Source: an uncultured delta proteobacterium
GTDB lineage: Bacteria; Desulfobacterota; Binatia; UBA9968
DNA: 64,000 nucleotides
Reading direction: 5' to 3'
NCBI GenBank assembly: GCA_963804165.1
Contig: CAWDPO010000004.1
Location: 96,001 to 160,000, forward strand
Shown here: positions 19,547-31,153 of the stretch, piece after piece
Position numbering within the stretch: position 1 is the stretch's first letter
Layout of the letters: each line of letters opens with the position of its first letter
Notes under the pieces: generated by a model
Databases searched by the model: none
What the model saw: the letters and a program-made list of their open reading frames with translations, nothing else
What the model was told of the DNA's origin: nothing
Program-made: the position numbers and the translations under genes

Positions 19547-20765
19547 TTAATCCACGCACCGGCGGTAATAACCGACCGAAGCAAGACCCGATCTTTTGTC
19601 GTTCTTCGATCTCCGCTCGAGACGATCCCAGAAAACGGAAACGTATTGAGCCACAGCATCGGTTAGCCCGGAGTAACTCTTGGCGATATCGGACCTAGGG
19701 TCGCATTCCTGAATCGATAACCCTTGATTGACCGCGGCAATCGCGACGGGATAGTTATTAGGAAGCGTCCAAAAAACTTTCACACCAAGCGCTTTTTCGA
19801 CCGACTCCAAAGTCATCAGCTTGCTCTTGACGTAGCGATTAAGAATCAAGCGAATCTTCTTGTCGTAAATACCCATGCGCTCGAAAAGCTCCAGTGCGCG
19901 ATGGGCACTCTTAAGCGAAGGGACATCCATCTCAGTTATGAACAGGATCAAATTCGCTTTATCGAGCACCAGTGCGAGCATGTCGTCAAATTCCTTTGGA
20001 GTATCGACGACGACATAATCAAAGGACTGCGCCAATACATCCAAGATTTCGTCGATGTCCGCCGGCGTGATACGCCGCGCATCCTCGGCATAAAAAGGCT
20101 CGGCCAGAACTCGGATTCCCGACGCGTGTTTTACCAGGGAGCCATCGAGAAAAAGCGGATCGATTCGTTTCAGATTCTTGACTAAATCAAGAATCGTGTA
20201 GGAGGCGTCGATATTAAGAAAGCTCGTCACCGAACCAAACTGCAGCACGAGATCGACCAAACAAACCGATTTCTTTTGCGCCACTAGACATGCCGCCAAG
20301 TTGGTCGCCGCCGTAGTCGAACCCACGCCGCCTTTGTTCGAGGAAATGGCTATAATGTGCCCGCGTTCCGCCGCTTTTTGCGCGTGAACATCGATTTTTT
20401 TACGAATCGTATCGAACGATTTAAGAACTTCAGTCCAATTAAAAGGTTGCGTGAGAAATTCTTCAGCGCCCGAGCGCATCGCGCGCAGAATCGCGTCTGG
20501 CGCACCGGTCGGCGAAGTCATCACAAGACGAACGTTGGCGAGGCGTAATTTAATTTGCTCGGCTACAGTAAAAGCCCGTTCCGGGTCCACGATTGATGTC
20601 GACCACGGCAACGATTGGGCCACTGCGGGTTTTGAGCGCGTCAAAAGCCTCGCCATAGCCATAAATCCGCGGGTCAACCGATACCGATACTTCTTTTTCA
20701 AGCTGTTGCTTCAACGAAGCTAGAGCCAGGCTATCTTCGCCGATGAGACAAATTGGTAACTTCAT
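19547..20765 (-). CDS. cpaE: CpaE/TadZ (receiver-like plus MinD-type ATPase), apparent frameshift
   Basis: AMRSGAEEFL, KGGVGST, LVDL.LQFG and DYVVVDTP. N-terminus lies in ORF 20550..20765. Confidence 0.9.
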
Positions 20766-20818
20766 TGCCGGTTGCTATTTATCGTTGATGCCACATCATT
20801 TCAATTCTGTATGGCCGA

Positions 20819-22358
20819 CTATCTCATGGGATCGACGCGCCGCGGTGTCGCCGGCTTCTTTTCTTCCGAACCACCCGGCACCGGAACCTGTCGAATATCC
20901 GGATCGTCGTATTTTTCAAGGATCGGGAGCTGCGGACTTTCGCCCGGCTTCATCGTGCGCACAATCCGCGGCGTAATCACGAAAACGAGCTCGGACTCCT
21001 TGTTACTGAATTTTGTACTTCTAAACAGAGCGCCCAAAATCGGAACATCGCCCAAAAACGGAAATTTCGTCAGATCCTTTACCACTCTTTGATCTAACAG
21101 GCCTCCGATAATCAGGCTCTCACCTTCTTTCATCTCGACTCGGCTCACGGTCCGACGAACGACAAAACTAGGAGTATCGTACCGGCGCCAGCCGCTATAT
21201 CGCTGACTTCGGGAAACACCCTAAGATCAATTCGATCCGACAATGTAATTGTGGGAATAAAATCAAGCCGCACACCAAACGGTTTGAATATCACGCCAAA
21301 TGTATTCGCCGTGGATGTGACAATCGGGACTTCGCCGCCAGCCAAAAAGCCCCCGCTTCTGCCATTTTTTACGACCAGCCGCGGTTGCGCTAAAATTTGA
21401 GCGATGTCTTTGTTTTGCAACATTCGATACAGTGTCGAAAGCGCATATGCGCCGTTGACCCAACGGAAGGCTACCGGTTGCGGACGAGTAAAGGGGATCG
21501 CATCTGCTGCACGCTCACGGTGATTGCCGGTTCGGAAGTGAGCCAAAAGCTGGGCTCCCGATTGTGGACAGCTGCTGACATTCGGCCAGCATTTTGAGCA
21601 AAATCAAATCCAATGTCTCTGAATTTGCTCATCGAAACATCGGCCACGACGACATCCAGTTCGATTTGCCGGATCTCCCTGATCACAAGCAAATCGATCA
21701 CTCCCTCGATCGTCTTTTTGTCACCCCACCTGTAAGGATCCGTTATTGAAGACTCTTCCTCAAAGGCCAAGCTACCGCCACCGGCAAATCCCACGCCCGA
21801 CGATTTGATTTGCGCCTGGGGAGTCGCGCCAAACTGGACTGACTGCGACGTTGATGGACTCACCGTATGCTGGAGGCTTCGGGGGCAGGTACGTTGCTAC
21901 AATTTCGAAAACTCGATCATAGACGACTTCGTTTGATACCTCTCCTCGCAAAACTAAAGAAGCACCTGAAGTCGAAATATCGACCTTTTCGTTCGGGAAA
22001 ACCGATCGTCAATTGTCCCCGCAACGCAGCAATATCTGGCGCAACGACCAAGATCGTAGTTCGATCACATCGCCTTTTTCATCAAAAATGATCAGCGACG
22101 TAGTCCCAACGTCCTTGCCGTTGATCAAAAGTTGGCTCGGCGCCACGACGAGAACATCCGCCACCTGCGGTTGCGAAACGGATACCCGCTTCGCTCTTTC
22201 GGCAAGACGAAATACCATCGATTTGTTAACCGTCACCGTGATCGTCGGCGCCGACTTGCGGCTGCGCCGACTACTTCCTGTCGCCGCTGACGCCAACAAG
22301 AAGAACACAGCGCCAACGCAATTCTATTTAGCCGCCCCCGGACTAAACAACTGTTCAT
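20819..22358 (-). CDS. cpaC: CpaC/RcpA secretin, apparent frameshifts
   Basis: Pilus-N domain RVSVSQPQVADV...LING...GTTSL; ILAQPRL, FLAGGEVP, KPFGVRL.F.P, GESLIIGGLL, PFLGDVPILGALFRS and ELVFVITP. Confidence 0.9.
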
Positions 22359-22380
22359 CATGAACTCCTCCCCTTCCCAG

Positions 22381-23208
22381 TTAGAATTCCACCACATTTC
22401 GATTACTACCATGGATCACTTCGACTCGATATTTATCAGGCGGCGGAGCGACAGTGCCGCCGCCACCTTGCGCGGTGCCGCCGCGAGCGCCAACAAATCG
22501 CGCTTGTTGCTGCCAATAGTTGTCGTAGCAGCGTCATCGCCAAGACCGCGCAGATGCCATGGCAATCTGGCCCTCTTGGAGGCTAACGACAGCTTTTCTG
22601 CTTCTTCAGGAGTAACTTCCAGCGTGATCGAACGTGCGAGTTGCGGTTTTCCATCTTTCTGCTCGGTACTTTGCGCAACCGACAAGGACTCGCTTATTCT
22701 GCAACACAATTTTCGAAATTTTGGTATCCGCGTCTGCCGCCCATGTGGGGTCGTGGTCAAAATGATATCAACCCGGTCATCGGGACAATAAATCCGCTGA
22801 CACCGATAATTTCATCGACCCGGAGCGCCAAGGCTCGCTTGCCAGCCTCCAGCCGAACAGTAAGCCCGGCGCCTTCGCCGGCTAGACGTGATTCCAATAT
22901 TGGCTCATTGGCTAAGAATCTTTACGCGATTCACTTTGCCAACAACTTGCTGCGGCGATGAAAATGCGCCAGCCGGCATCGAAGTCTTTGGCCAAGGCGT
23001 GGTCTTGATCAGTCCCTTCTTGATCGCCTCGTCATTGAGAGTCGTACCGGCGAGGAATATCCTGGGCCGCCACGACAATCTCTTGGTTCGCCGCTTTCGC
23101 ATCCTCCCTCTTTTTGTCTGATCACTGAGAAAATTGTAAATTCCATACGCCGCGATGAGCCCGAAAAATACCGCGACCACTAGAGCAATCTTTAAGCCTA
23201 TTCTGCAT
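22381..23208 (-). CDS. cpaB: CpaB/RcpC pilus assembly protein, apparent frameshifts
   Basis: ATG 23208; SAF-like segment; VDEIIGVSGF, DRVDII, ITLEVTPEEAEKLSLA; ends VEVIHGSNRNVVEF*. Confidence 0.9.
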
Positions 23209-23291
23209 AGCAGCTCCTCATCAAACGGTCAATTATTTGCCAAGAACTTACCATCCACACTCGAGAATCTCCGGTTCAGACCAACATTGGC

Positions 23292-23864
23292 TCAGTGAAT
23301 CTTAGAATCCAGCCCATTGGCCGTCGGGTCAACATAATATGCGATCATTGTTCCAGCTGCAAACGCCACTCCCCACGGAACCGAATCGCCCCGCTCGCTG
23401 AGTCTGTTATGCGCACAGGCTTCGGGCAATACCTCCCCAAACTCAGGATGGCGAATTTTAAAATCTAACCAAAATTGTTTAAACGAGAGAAACTGAACTA
23501 GCCCGAAAGACCAAATAGCCAATGGCGATCACTCCCGCGACAAGCGCGGAATAGAAAAACACCCGCGGCAGCCAGGAAACTCCCAAAAGTGCGCCCACCA
23601 CTCCGAAAAATTTAACATCGCCGGCACCAATCCATCCCAGCGCAAACGGAAGAATCAGCACTGCGATACCAACCACAATACCCAAGAATACTTTGAAGCA
23701 AATAGCTGGCATCCCTGAAAAGCGTTCAAAACGACACCGCAAAACTAGGCCAATTACGATAAGCCAATTCGGGATTCTTCGGATCTTCAAATCGAAAGAA
23801 AGCCGAAAGACAGCTCACACAAAATATGACCGCATCTGAAAGTGCCAAATGTTTAAAACACCAT
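23292..23864 (-). CDS. cpaA: Prepilin peptidase CpaA/TadV (A24), apparent frameshifts
   Basis: D.KIRRIPNWL, GWIGAGDVKF and VPWGVAFAAG. Confidence 0.9.
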
Positions 23865-24014
23865 TATTAACTTGTCAAAGCGTACACGTCATATCAAAAA
23901 GCTTGTCAATGAAATTTCGCGGCATACTCACCGCAAGTCATGCACGTGGCTCGAAAACAGACTGATAGCGGCCTCCGAGCCACGCTGTTAGTATGTAACA
24001 ATAGAACCCGAGTC

Positions 24015-24207
24015 TTACGAGCCGAATCGCAATCCTGCGGGTACCAACGCAAGCCGTAACCTTACTCCAGCCACTGGCCAACTGATTGCCGATATTCGTA
24101 TTCTTAATCGCTACCCAGAAAACCAGGGCCACCAGAACAACGATCAAAGTATATTCAACCAAACCTTGACCATCCTCCTCGACTAACAAACGTTTTAGAA
24201 GCTCCAT
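24015..24207 (-). CDS. flp: Flp/Fap type IVb pilin (3' end uncertain)
   Basis: ATG 24207 after AAGGGGGTGA; MELLKRLLVEEDG|QGLVEYTLIVVLVALV Flp motif. The true stop is probably near 24015, obscured by indels. Confidence 0.9.
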
Positions 24208-24286
24208 TAAATCGTTCACCCCCTTTCTTATTTTATCGTGACTTCGAATTCTTTGATAACTCTGTGTCAACGAACATGAGCGGTAA

Positions 24287-24303
24287 AGCAGAATACATGC
24301 CAA
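24287..24303 (-). promoter_or_regulatory. Sigma-54 promoter for flp/tad
   Basis: Minus strand TTGGCATGTATTCTGCT (GG-N10-GC), 80 bp upstream of the flp ATG. Confidence 0.7.
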
Positions 24304-24577
24304 TACTAGAAGCATTCTAGAATTTCAGCTAATTGCTCCTGCCCCGGCCTCAGGGCGGTCTATGCTTGACAAATATGACATCGGTTTGAATCTAGTGTCA
24401 CAAAATGTGCAGGAGTGAATCTATTCCTTTGGAACAGTAACGCGGGAGACCAGAAAGCGACGAGCGTCAGACCGAAGATATACAAAGATCGTATGAACCC
24501 CGCATAATCGTGATTGTTGTTTTATCAGCGACATACTTGCAAGTCAAATGTTGCTTACTTAAGGACGCCATTAGCAA

Positions 24578-24593
24578 AGGTATGCATTTTGCT
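24578..24593 (+). promoter_or_regulatory. Sigma-54 promoter for diguanylate cyclase
   Basis: AGGTATGCATTTTGCT (GG-N10-GC), about 105 bp upstream of ATG 24699. Confidence 0.55.
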
Positions 24594-24698
24594 AATCACC
24601 GAGTGAGTCGAAATTTATCGATTCGCGCGATTACGACAAATACTTTAATCAGGTTAGTGCCACGATCGACCAGATCGAATTCGAAGGAAAATACGAAA

Positions 24699-25628
24699 AT
24701 GAACAACGACCAAAAAGATAATGCTCCGCTAACCGTCTTGGTCATTGAAGATCATCCTGATCAGCGAGACCTGTTAGCTATCGTACTGCAACGGGAAGGC
24801 TATCGGGTAATCACTGCAGCAAACGGCGTCGAAGCACTGGAAAAACTCGAGACAGAAAATATTCAAATCGCTCTTTCAGATATCATGATGCCGAAGATGG
24901 ATGGGTTTGAGCTGATCAAACGGATTCGCGGCAACGCCGCGTTCAAAAGTATCTACCTCATTTTAATCACCGCGAGAATCCAAGAAGGTGACCGGGTTCG
25001 AGGACTAGATCTCGGCGCCGACGACTACATTACTAAACCATTTTCGTTCTCCGAATTGCTCGCGCGGATGCGAGTCGGGTCGCGAGTCGTCCAGTACCAG
25101 CAACATCTCGAATATCAGACTCAAGTCGACTCGCTCACCGGGCTTTTTAATCGCCGTGCCTTCGAGAAGAAAATCCACGAAGAGTTCGAACGCTCCAAAC
25201 GCTATCACAACCCTTTGTCACTGCTGATTTTGGATATCGACAATTTCAAGATGATCAACGACACCTATGGCCATCATGGTGGCGACGCCGCGCTGGTAAA
25301 AATTTCCGAAACTTTTCGCGAAAAAACACGTCAAAGCGATTTTCCCTCTAGATATGGCGGCGAAGAGTTCGTTCTCGTGTTGCCGGAGACGGACCAGGAC
25401 AGCGCGTTCAAGTGGCAGGAAAGATTCACGAGTGCGATTCGTTCGTGCGCGTTCGGCACCACCGCCCGTCCCTTTACTCTAACGGTTAGCATTGGAGTGA
25501 GCTCAACGTCGGCAAGATTGTACTCGGATTGGCGAGAAATGCTTAACGACGCCGATCGCGCTCTATATCTCGCAAAGAATTCCGGTAAAGACCGCATCGA
25601 AAATTGGGAGTCCGGAAAAAAAAACTAG
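24699..25628 (+). CDS. Response-regulator diguanylate cyclase (REC-GGDEF)
   Basis: REC (VIEDH, SDIMMP, DDYITKPF); DSLTGLFNRR; I-site RQSD five residues before GGEEF. Confidence 0.95.
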   Translation: MNNDQKDNAPLTVLVIEDHPDQRDLLAIVLQREGYRVITAANGVEALEKLETENIQIALSDIMMPKMDGFELIKRIRGNAAFKSIYLILITARIQEGDRVRGLDLGADDYITKPFSFSELLARMRVGSRVVQYQQHLEYQTQVDSLTGLFNRRAFEKKIHEEFERSKRYHNPLSLLILDIDNFKMINDTYGHHGGDAALVKISETFREKTRQSDFPSRYGGEEFVLVLPETDQDSAFKWQERFTSAIRSCAFGTTARPFTLTVSIGVSSTSARLYSDWREMLNDADRALYLAKNSGKDRIENWESGKKN

Positions 25629-25660
25629 CCAGATTCAGACTTCCGCGCATCCCTGATCAA

Positions 25661-26873
25661 ATGCCAGCGCGACGTAATCAGTGTGACTATCGTTCCACGC
25701 CGATTAGCCGTATGGCCACCCTGTCGCCGACGGAATTCCATCTAGTGGGCAACGAGTTTTCGTTGCGGATTTGCACAGTTCCGTGAACCCAGTTCATTCA
25801 GCGCCAGGGAACAAAGTCCTCGCGAAGAGACAAATGACGGCGGGCCAGTCTCGAATCATCTGGCGAATGGCTGCGGAAGGAACAGAGAGCTAATAGTCTA
25901 CGGCGCAATTAGTTTTTTTGGAATACTAATGATGGGTTTGGCCATCGGCAGCGCTCGTCAAATTCAAAAAGCAAAACAGCGGAACAATTGCGCGACTGCT
26001 TAAGCAAGAAAAAGAGAAAGCGGAAAATCTTGCCAAGCTGAAGTCGGAATTTCTCAATCAAGTTTCCCACGAACTTCGCACGCCATTGGCGGTTATCATA
26101 GGTTATATCGAGTGTATCACGGACGGACTCTATGGGGAAATGGAATCGAAACATCACGAAATTCTCCAAGTCGTCGCCAAACAATCAACACATCTGAAAA
26201 ACATGATCGATCAGATTCTGATCTACTCGCGATTGGAGGCGGGCAAGCAGCCGGTCCGAATATGAAGAAATACAACTGACCAAGGTCGTAAGTGACGTGA
26301 GAGAAACTTTCGAATTTCTTTGCCGGCAGAAAGGGATCGAATCTACGATTGGGAGCTTGCGAGAGATCCCTTGCTGATCCGCAGCGACGCGATTCGTTTA
26401 AAGGAAGTTATAAGCAATCTCTTGCAAAATGCGGTGAAATACACCGACCGTGGTTCGATCACCGTACGCTCGAAGAAACTCCCAACAACAGATTTCGTCA
26501 TCGGTCGAAGTCAAAGACACAGGCATGGGAATTTCTGAACATCATTTAACAAGCATCTTCGAACCTTTCATGCAGGCTCACAAAACATCCACCGAAAATT
26601 CGCGCGGCGGCATAGGATTGGGGCTAAGTATCGTAAAAAAACATCTTGAGCAAATGGAGCGGAACCATTAATGTCGACAGTGAACTCGGAAAGGGGTCCG
26701 CCTTTCGAATTGTTCTTCCGCGAAACTATGAGAAGCAGAAATCACGAACGAGCCGGCTCATAGACTTCGTTAAACGTCGCTCTTCAAATTCTCACCGCGA
26801 GCACCCCACCTTAGCTCCACACATGGAGACACAGGAGCGTAAGGCAGCAAACACTGGCCACAATATCGCTTAG
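25661..26873 (+). CDS. Sensor histidine kinase (HisKA-HATPase), apparent frameshifts; start uncertain
   Basis: KSEFLNQVSHELRTPL near 26040-26090, NLLQNAVKYT, VKDTGMGI, GIGLGLSIV and DSELGKGS in successive frames. Confidence 0.85.
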
Positions 26874-26943
26874 TTTTGAATCCCGCTGACAAGCACGCTT
26901 TTTTAAGACCGACGCGCGCGTAGTTTTACCGCTGAGATCCGTG

Positions 26944-28522
26944 ATGGTTAGAGACACCCATATCGCGCCGCTCAAGACGAATTCAATTTCCGCTGATCCT
27001 GCTACCATCAATCGGAAATATAGTTTTTGTCTCAGTGCTTTTTGTTTTGATTTTCGGTTCGGGGAATGGTCTGCTCGGTGACGGTGATACGGGTTACCAT
27101 ATCCGAACCGGCGAAGCGATCCTGCAGACCTGGCGTGTTCCAAGTCAAGACCCCTATTCGTTCCACTATCCTCCTCTAAAATGGACGGCTCACGAATGGT
27201 TGTCCGAGCTTGTGATGGCGGCTTTTTTCAAATTGTACGGCCTCACGGGGGTTGTGATCTTTTTTACGTTGCTGCTCGCTGTCACGCATTGGTTGCTTTA
27301 TAAGGTTCTTACAAACCGCTCCGATGATGTCCTGTTGTGTATCGTTATCACCTTGCTCGCAACCGCCACATCCGCAACTCATTGGTTTGCACGCCCACAC
27401 GCTTTTTCACTGCTGTTAACTCTTCTTTGGTGTCACTTTTTGAATCAATTTCAGTTTGGAGACCGACGTTCCCTAGTTTATCTTCCCTTTTTCATGTTAC
27501 TTTGGGTGAACCTCCACGGCGGCTATATCATCGGGCTTATTCTCATCGTGATGTATTTGGCTGGCGCCATTTTCTATTTTTTCACTAAACCCACGGTGGA
27601 ATCACAGCACTTCCTGCATAAAGCGCAGGTCCTTTTTTGTACGTTGATAGCGTGCATCGCGGTTTGCTCGATTAATCCGTATGGATTCGAAATTTTGTGG
27701 TTTCCCATTCGGGTCACCTCCGACCGTTTTGTCATGGATCGGGTCTCGGAATTTCTGTCACCCAATTTTCACGAAGCGTTGCCATTTAAGTATATGCTCT
27801 TAGTTCTGATTGGCGCCCTCGCGCTCTCTCGATCATCGCTTAACGTCATCGATCTTTCGCTTGTTATATTGATGACTTACATGTCACTTTATTCTGCACG
27901 GCATGTCTCACTTTTTGCGATAATCCTAGCCCCAGTGTTGCTCAAAACATGTGCCGGCATTATCAGTAGCGCGCCAGAACCCTTTTTGCGGTTTTACCGA
28001 AAACGCAACTCGAATTTGAAGTCCATCGAGACCGTTGTAAATGGATACATTTGGCCAATTGCGAGTGTAGTTCTGATTGTTACTATCGCAGCGGCGGGAA
28101 GCCTAAACTATCGCTTTAACGACAAAATATTTCCCGTAGCGGCAGTAGAGTTTTTGCAACGAGAAGCCATAACCGGCAACATGTTCAATAATGATGAGTT
28201 CGGTGACTACATGATCTTCACAGCTTGGCCACGGTACCGCGTATTTATGGATGGCCGCTCGGATATGTACGGTGAAAAATACGGGAGCGATTACCTCAAA
28301 GTCGCTAACCTTCAGCCTGGATGGAGGGAAATTCTTAGTAAATACAATATTACTTGGGTTATTTTTGACACGGCATCAGCACTCACGGCGGCCCTGCAGG
28401 ATCAAAATGACTGGCAACCAGTTTATTCTGACGCCGTAGCGACCATTTTTGTAAAAAAGGACATTGAGCATGCTTCGCTGTTAGCTAAGTATCCTTCGGT
28501 CAAACTAGCAAACAAGCGATGA
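26944..28522 (+). CDS. Polytopic membrane protein, putative GT-C fold glycosyltransferase
   Basis: DGDTGYHIRTG in the first loop, HEWLSE, LWVNLHGG, INPYG, FNNDEFGDY and FMDGRSDMYG, with many TMs. The frame is open upstream of 27035 (LLPSIGNIVF), with a likely indel near 26990. Confidence 0.75.
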
Positions 28523-28610
28523 AGCGTTCTTTGGAGTTTTCTCTGCTAGCTCCGACACCCTCCCATTTCGGGGACCAGGTTTAAACACCGGAGGCCGGGC
28601 GGGTCAAATA

Positions 28611-28667
28611 ATTCGAACCGGAGACCTCTAGTTCGTATTAGGTGCTCTCTGAGGGAAATTGGGGCGC
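28611..28667 (-). pseudogene. Possible decayed tRNA-Arg(ACG) fragment
   Basis: Minus strand GCGCCC...AGAGCACCTAATACGAACTAGAGGTCTCCGGTTCGAAT follows tRNA element order. The D-arm and 3' stems are not intact. Confidence 0.3.
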
Positions 28668-28843
28668 CTTCGAGGTCAGCAGTTCTATTCGAAGCAAATC
28701 TGGTGACATGATTACCGCGCAAAGATTTTTGGCCATGACAAATCTGTCGACTTCGCTGTCGCTTTTGCCACTCGGTGCGCAACGTCTCGAACTTACATTT
28801 GACCAACGGTCCATTAACTGCCTGCGATCTCAAATATTTTCGC

Positions 28844-28859
28844 TGGCACAACCATTGCT
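28844..28859 (+). promoter_or_regulatory. Sigma-54 promoter for EAL gene
   Basis: TGGCACAACCATTGCT, near-consensus, 110 bp before ATG 28970. Confidence 0.8.
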
Positions 28860-28969
28860 GCCGCATAGTTCCGATCATCCAAGCGGTCATGAAATTTCAA
28901 TAATGATCTACAGTTCACGTCAGGTGAGGATGGCCTGTTTCGGATAACATCAATGCGCGATGCTTGTAA

Positions 28970-30376
28970 ATGAGCGAGATAATGGATAACAGCTCCGCCT
29001 CCGCGAGCGGTAACGCCGAATTCGAATTGCGCATTCGCCAAGCCTTGCTCTCGGCGAAGCACAGCATTCCCCAGGTCGCCGTTTTACTCTTTTCGTTTAA
29101 GCATTCTTTCAACTGCACTAATCCCGGACAAAGGGCTATCGCCCTAAATAACTCCGTCTTGATCCGATTGAGAGGTGGATTGCGCGATTCTGATACGGTC
29201 GCATTGCTGAGTAGCGGGCACATCGCAGTACTCTTACACTCAGTGCAAGGTCCTCAGGATCTCGATTTGGTTATAAATCGTTTATTGACCAGATTAGCGG
29301 AACCTCTTCTCATCGATGGTCACACCATCGTGCTCCAGCCACGAATAGGAGCGGCACTATTTCCTGAACACGGGGATAGCGTAAGAAGTCTGATCGAGCA
29401 TGCGGAAAACGAACTCACTCTGGCGAAAAGCAATACAAACTCCTACACAGCTTATTCGTCGAACCCACGGAGCCTATTTACTCCTCGACAATGGATGAGT
29501 GAGCTTCGCCAGGCAATCGTCACGGATCAATTATTTCTCACCTTTCAGCCAAAAGTGAGTTTCTCGGAAGGACGCGTAACCGGCGTCGAGGTACTGCTTC
29601 GTTGGCAACATCCTCAGCACGGAATCATCGTTCCCGATCAGTTTATACCGGTTGCCGAGCGGACGGGATTAATCATTCCATTAACTCTCTGGGTTCTCCA
29701 GCAGTCGCTTATTCAGTGTCGCCGGTGGAATGATATGGGCCTGGATATCAGCATAGCGGTTAATCTAACAATGTGGAACTTGGAGGCGCAAGAGCTTCCC
29801 GAACAAATTGAAAAGCTGCTTCGCGACACGGGGGTGCCACCAAAAAACTTGGAACTGGAAATTACAGAGACTAGCATCATGAGTGATCCCCAAAGGGTGA
29901 TCCAAACTCTGAACCAGATTCGCCGACTGGGCGCACGCGTCGCGATCGATGACTTTGGTACCGGATATTCCTCGTTCGCTTATCTCACCAAACTGCCGGT
30001 CTCATGTATCAAAATCGATAAATCTTTCGTACAGAACATCGAAACCGATCGAGATAACTCGGTCATTGTCAAATCGATCATCGACCTCGGGCATAATCTT
30101 GGATTGAAAGTTGTCGCTGAAGGCGTAGAAACAGTCCACGCAAAAAAACTCCTTCGGGTATTTCAATGCGACGAGGGTCAAGGGTTTTATTACTGCCGTC
30201 CGATTCCCGCCGATGCGATGACTAAGTTCTTGTTACAGCCGCCGCTTGCGATCAAGGAACGTCTGTTCGTAGCGGACGCACCAGAAACGGCCCCCGTGAA
30301 GCTCACGGAGGACTTTAGTCCCAAAGTATCAAACTTAACGCTCGCCACGAGCGAAAAACCCAACTCCGTCGCTTGA
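28970..30376 (+). CDS. Degenerate GGDEF plus EAL c-di-GMP phosphodiesterase
   Basis: LRDSDTVALLSSGHI (GGDEF replaced); FQPK, EVLLRW, ELEITE, DDFGTGYSS, IKIDKSF and AEGVE. Confidence 0.92.
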   Translation: MSEIMDNSSASASGNAEFELRIRQALLSAKHSIPQVAVLLFSFKHSFNCTNPGQRAIALNNSVLIRLRGGLRDSDTVALLSSGHIAVLLHSVQGPQDLDLVINRLLTRLAEPLLIDGHTIVLQPRIGAALFPEHGDSVRSLIEHAENELTLAKSNTNSYTAYSSNPRSLFTPRQWMSELRQAIVTDQLFLTFQPKVSFSEGRVTGVEVLLRWQHPQHGIIVPDQFIPVAERTGLIIPLTLWVLQQSLIQCRRWNDMGLDISIAVNLTMWNLEAQELPEQIEKLLRDTGVPPKNLELEITETSIMSDPQRVIQTLNQIRRLGARVAIDDFGTGYSSFAYLTKLPVSCIKIDKSFVQNIETDRDNSVIVKSIIDLGHNLGLKVVAEGVETVHAKKLLRVFQCDEGQGFYYCRPIPADAMTKFLLQPPLAIKERLFVADAPETAPVKLTEDFSPKVSNLTLATSEKPNSVA

Positions 30377-30672
30377 CTTGTCGACCGTTACCAAGCAAAA
30401 TAGCAGATAATTTTGATAAGAGTCCAAAAGACGAAAGGGGTCAAGATTATGAAAAAGACAACTCTGGACTGACCTCCCGAGCAATTAATTTGTGTTTGCC
30501 CGCCTTGTCATCGGGTTAAGCCAAAGCTCGCCAACGCCAAGTAACTCTGCGAAAATGTTTTTGGAGACTAAATTACTCTTCGAGCGACGGTCGAATACTT
30601 GTTTGTGCTTGACATTAAGTTGTTGATGGGCCCAAAATTCTGCATTCAGAGACAGCGAAAGGGGGCGTACTC

Positions 30673-31029
30673 ATGAAACGGTCGTTATTTTTGGTTATTG
30701 GCACTACCGTCTTATCGTTTAGTTTGTTGACTCCGGCGAGTCGCGGCTTCGCTGAACAAGCAGTCGAGGATGGAGCCCAGCAAAGAAGACCAGGCTTCTT
30801 TCATATTCTTGGAAGCATCGTGTTTACTACGCTACATTTGCCCGCTAAGTTAGTAACATGCGTTGGAACACAAGCGACTGCTGCGGTAGCCTACACAGCG
30901 ACGTTCGGTGTTGAAGGTAACTACGACGGCGGAACCAACGGGAGAGATATCGGCGAAACGGCGCGGCGTTCCTGCACTGGGTCCTGGATTGTGCGGCCAT
31001 CTCAGGTGGTGCGAGATTATGGTGAATGA
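30673..31029 (+). CDS. Small exported hypothetical protein
   Basis: RBS AAGGGGG; signal peptide; two Cys. Confidence 0.75.
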   Translation: MKRSLFLVIGTTVLSFSLLTPASRGFAEQAVEDGAQQRRPGFFHILGSIVFTTLHLPAKLVTCVGTQATAAVAYTATFGVEGNYDGGTNGRDIGETARRSCTGSWIVRPSQVVRDYGE

Positions 31030-31153
31030 TTAACCTAACGCAGTTACCTGAATGCGCAACTCGTCAGTAATGACCAGCTCGATCGAGAAGTTCCCTTATT
31101 TTCAATGGATCGAAGGTTTTCTGTTTAAGAAAATACTGGGCGTTAACAATACT

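Noticed and set aside
16214-24207. Programmed frameshifting or phase variation in tad genes
   Set aside because: Indels are numerous and scattered, without long tracts or slippery-site structures; sequencing error is simpler.
24015-24207. Flp as a conductive e-pilin
   Set aside because: Type IVb pilin with few aromatic residues and no cytochrome genes nearby.
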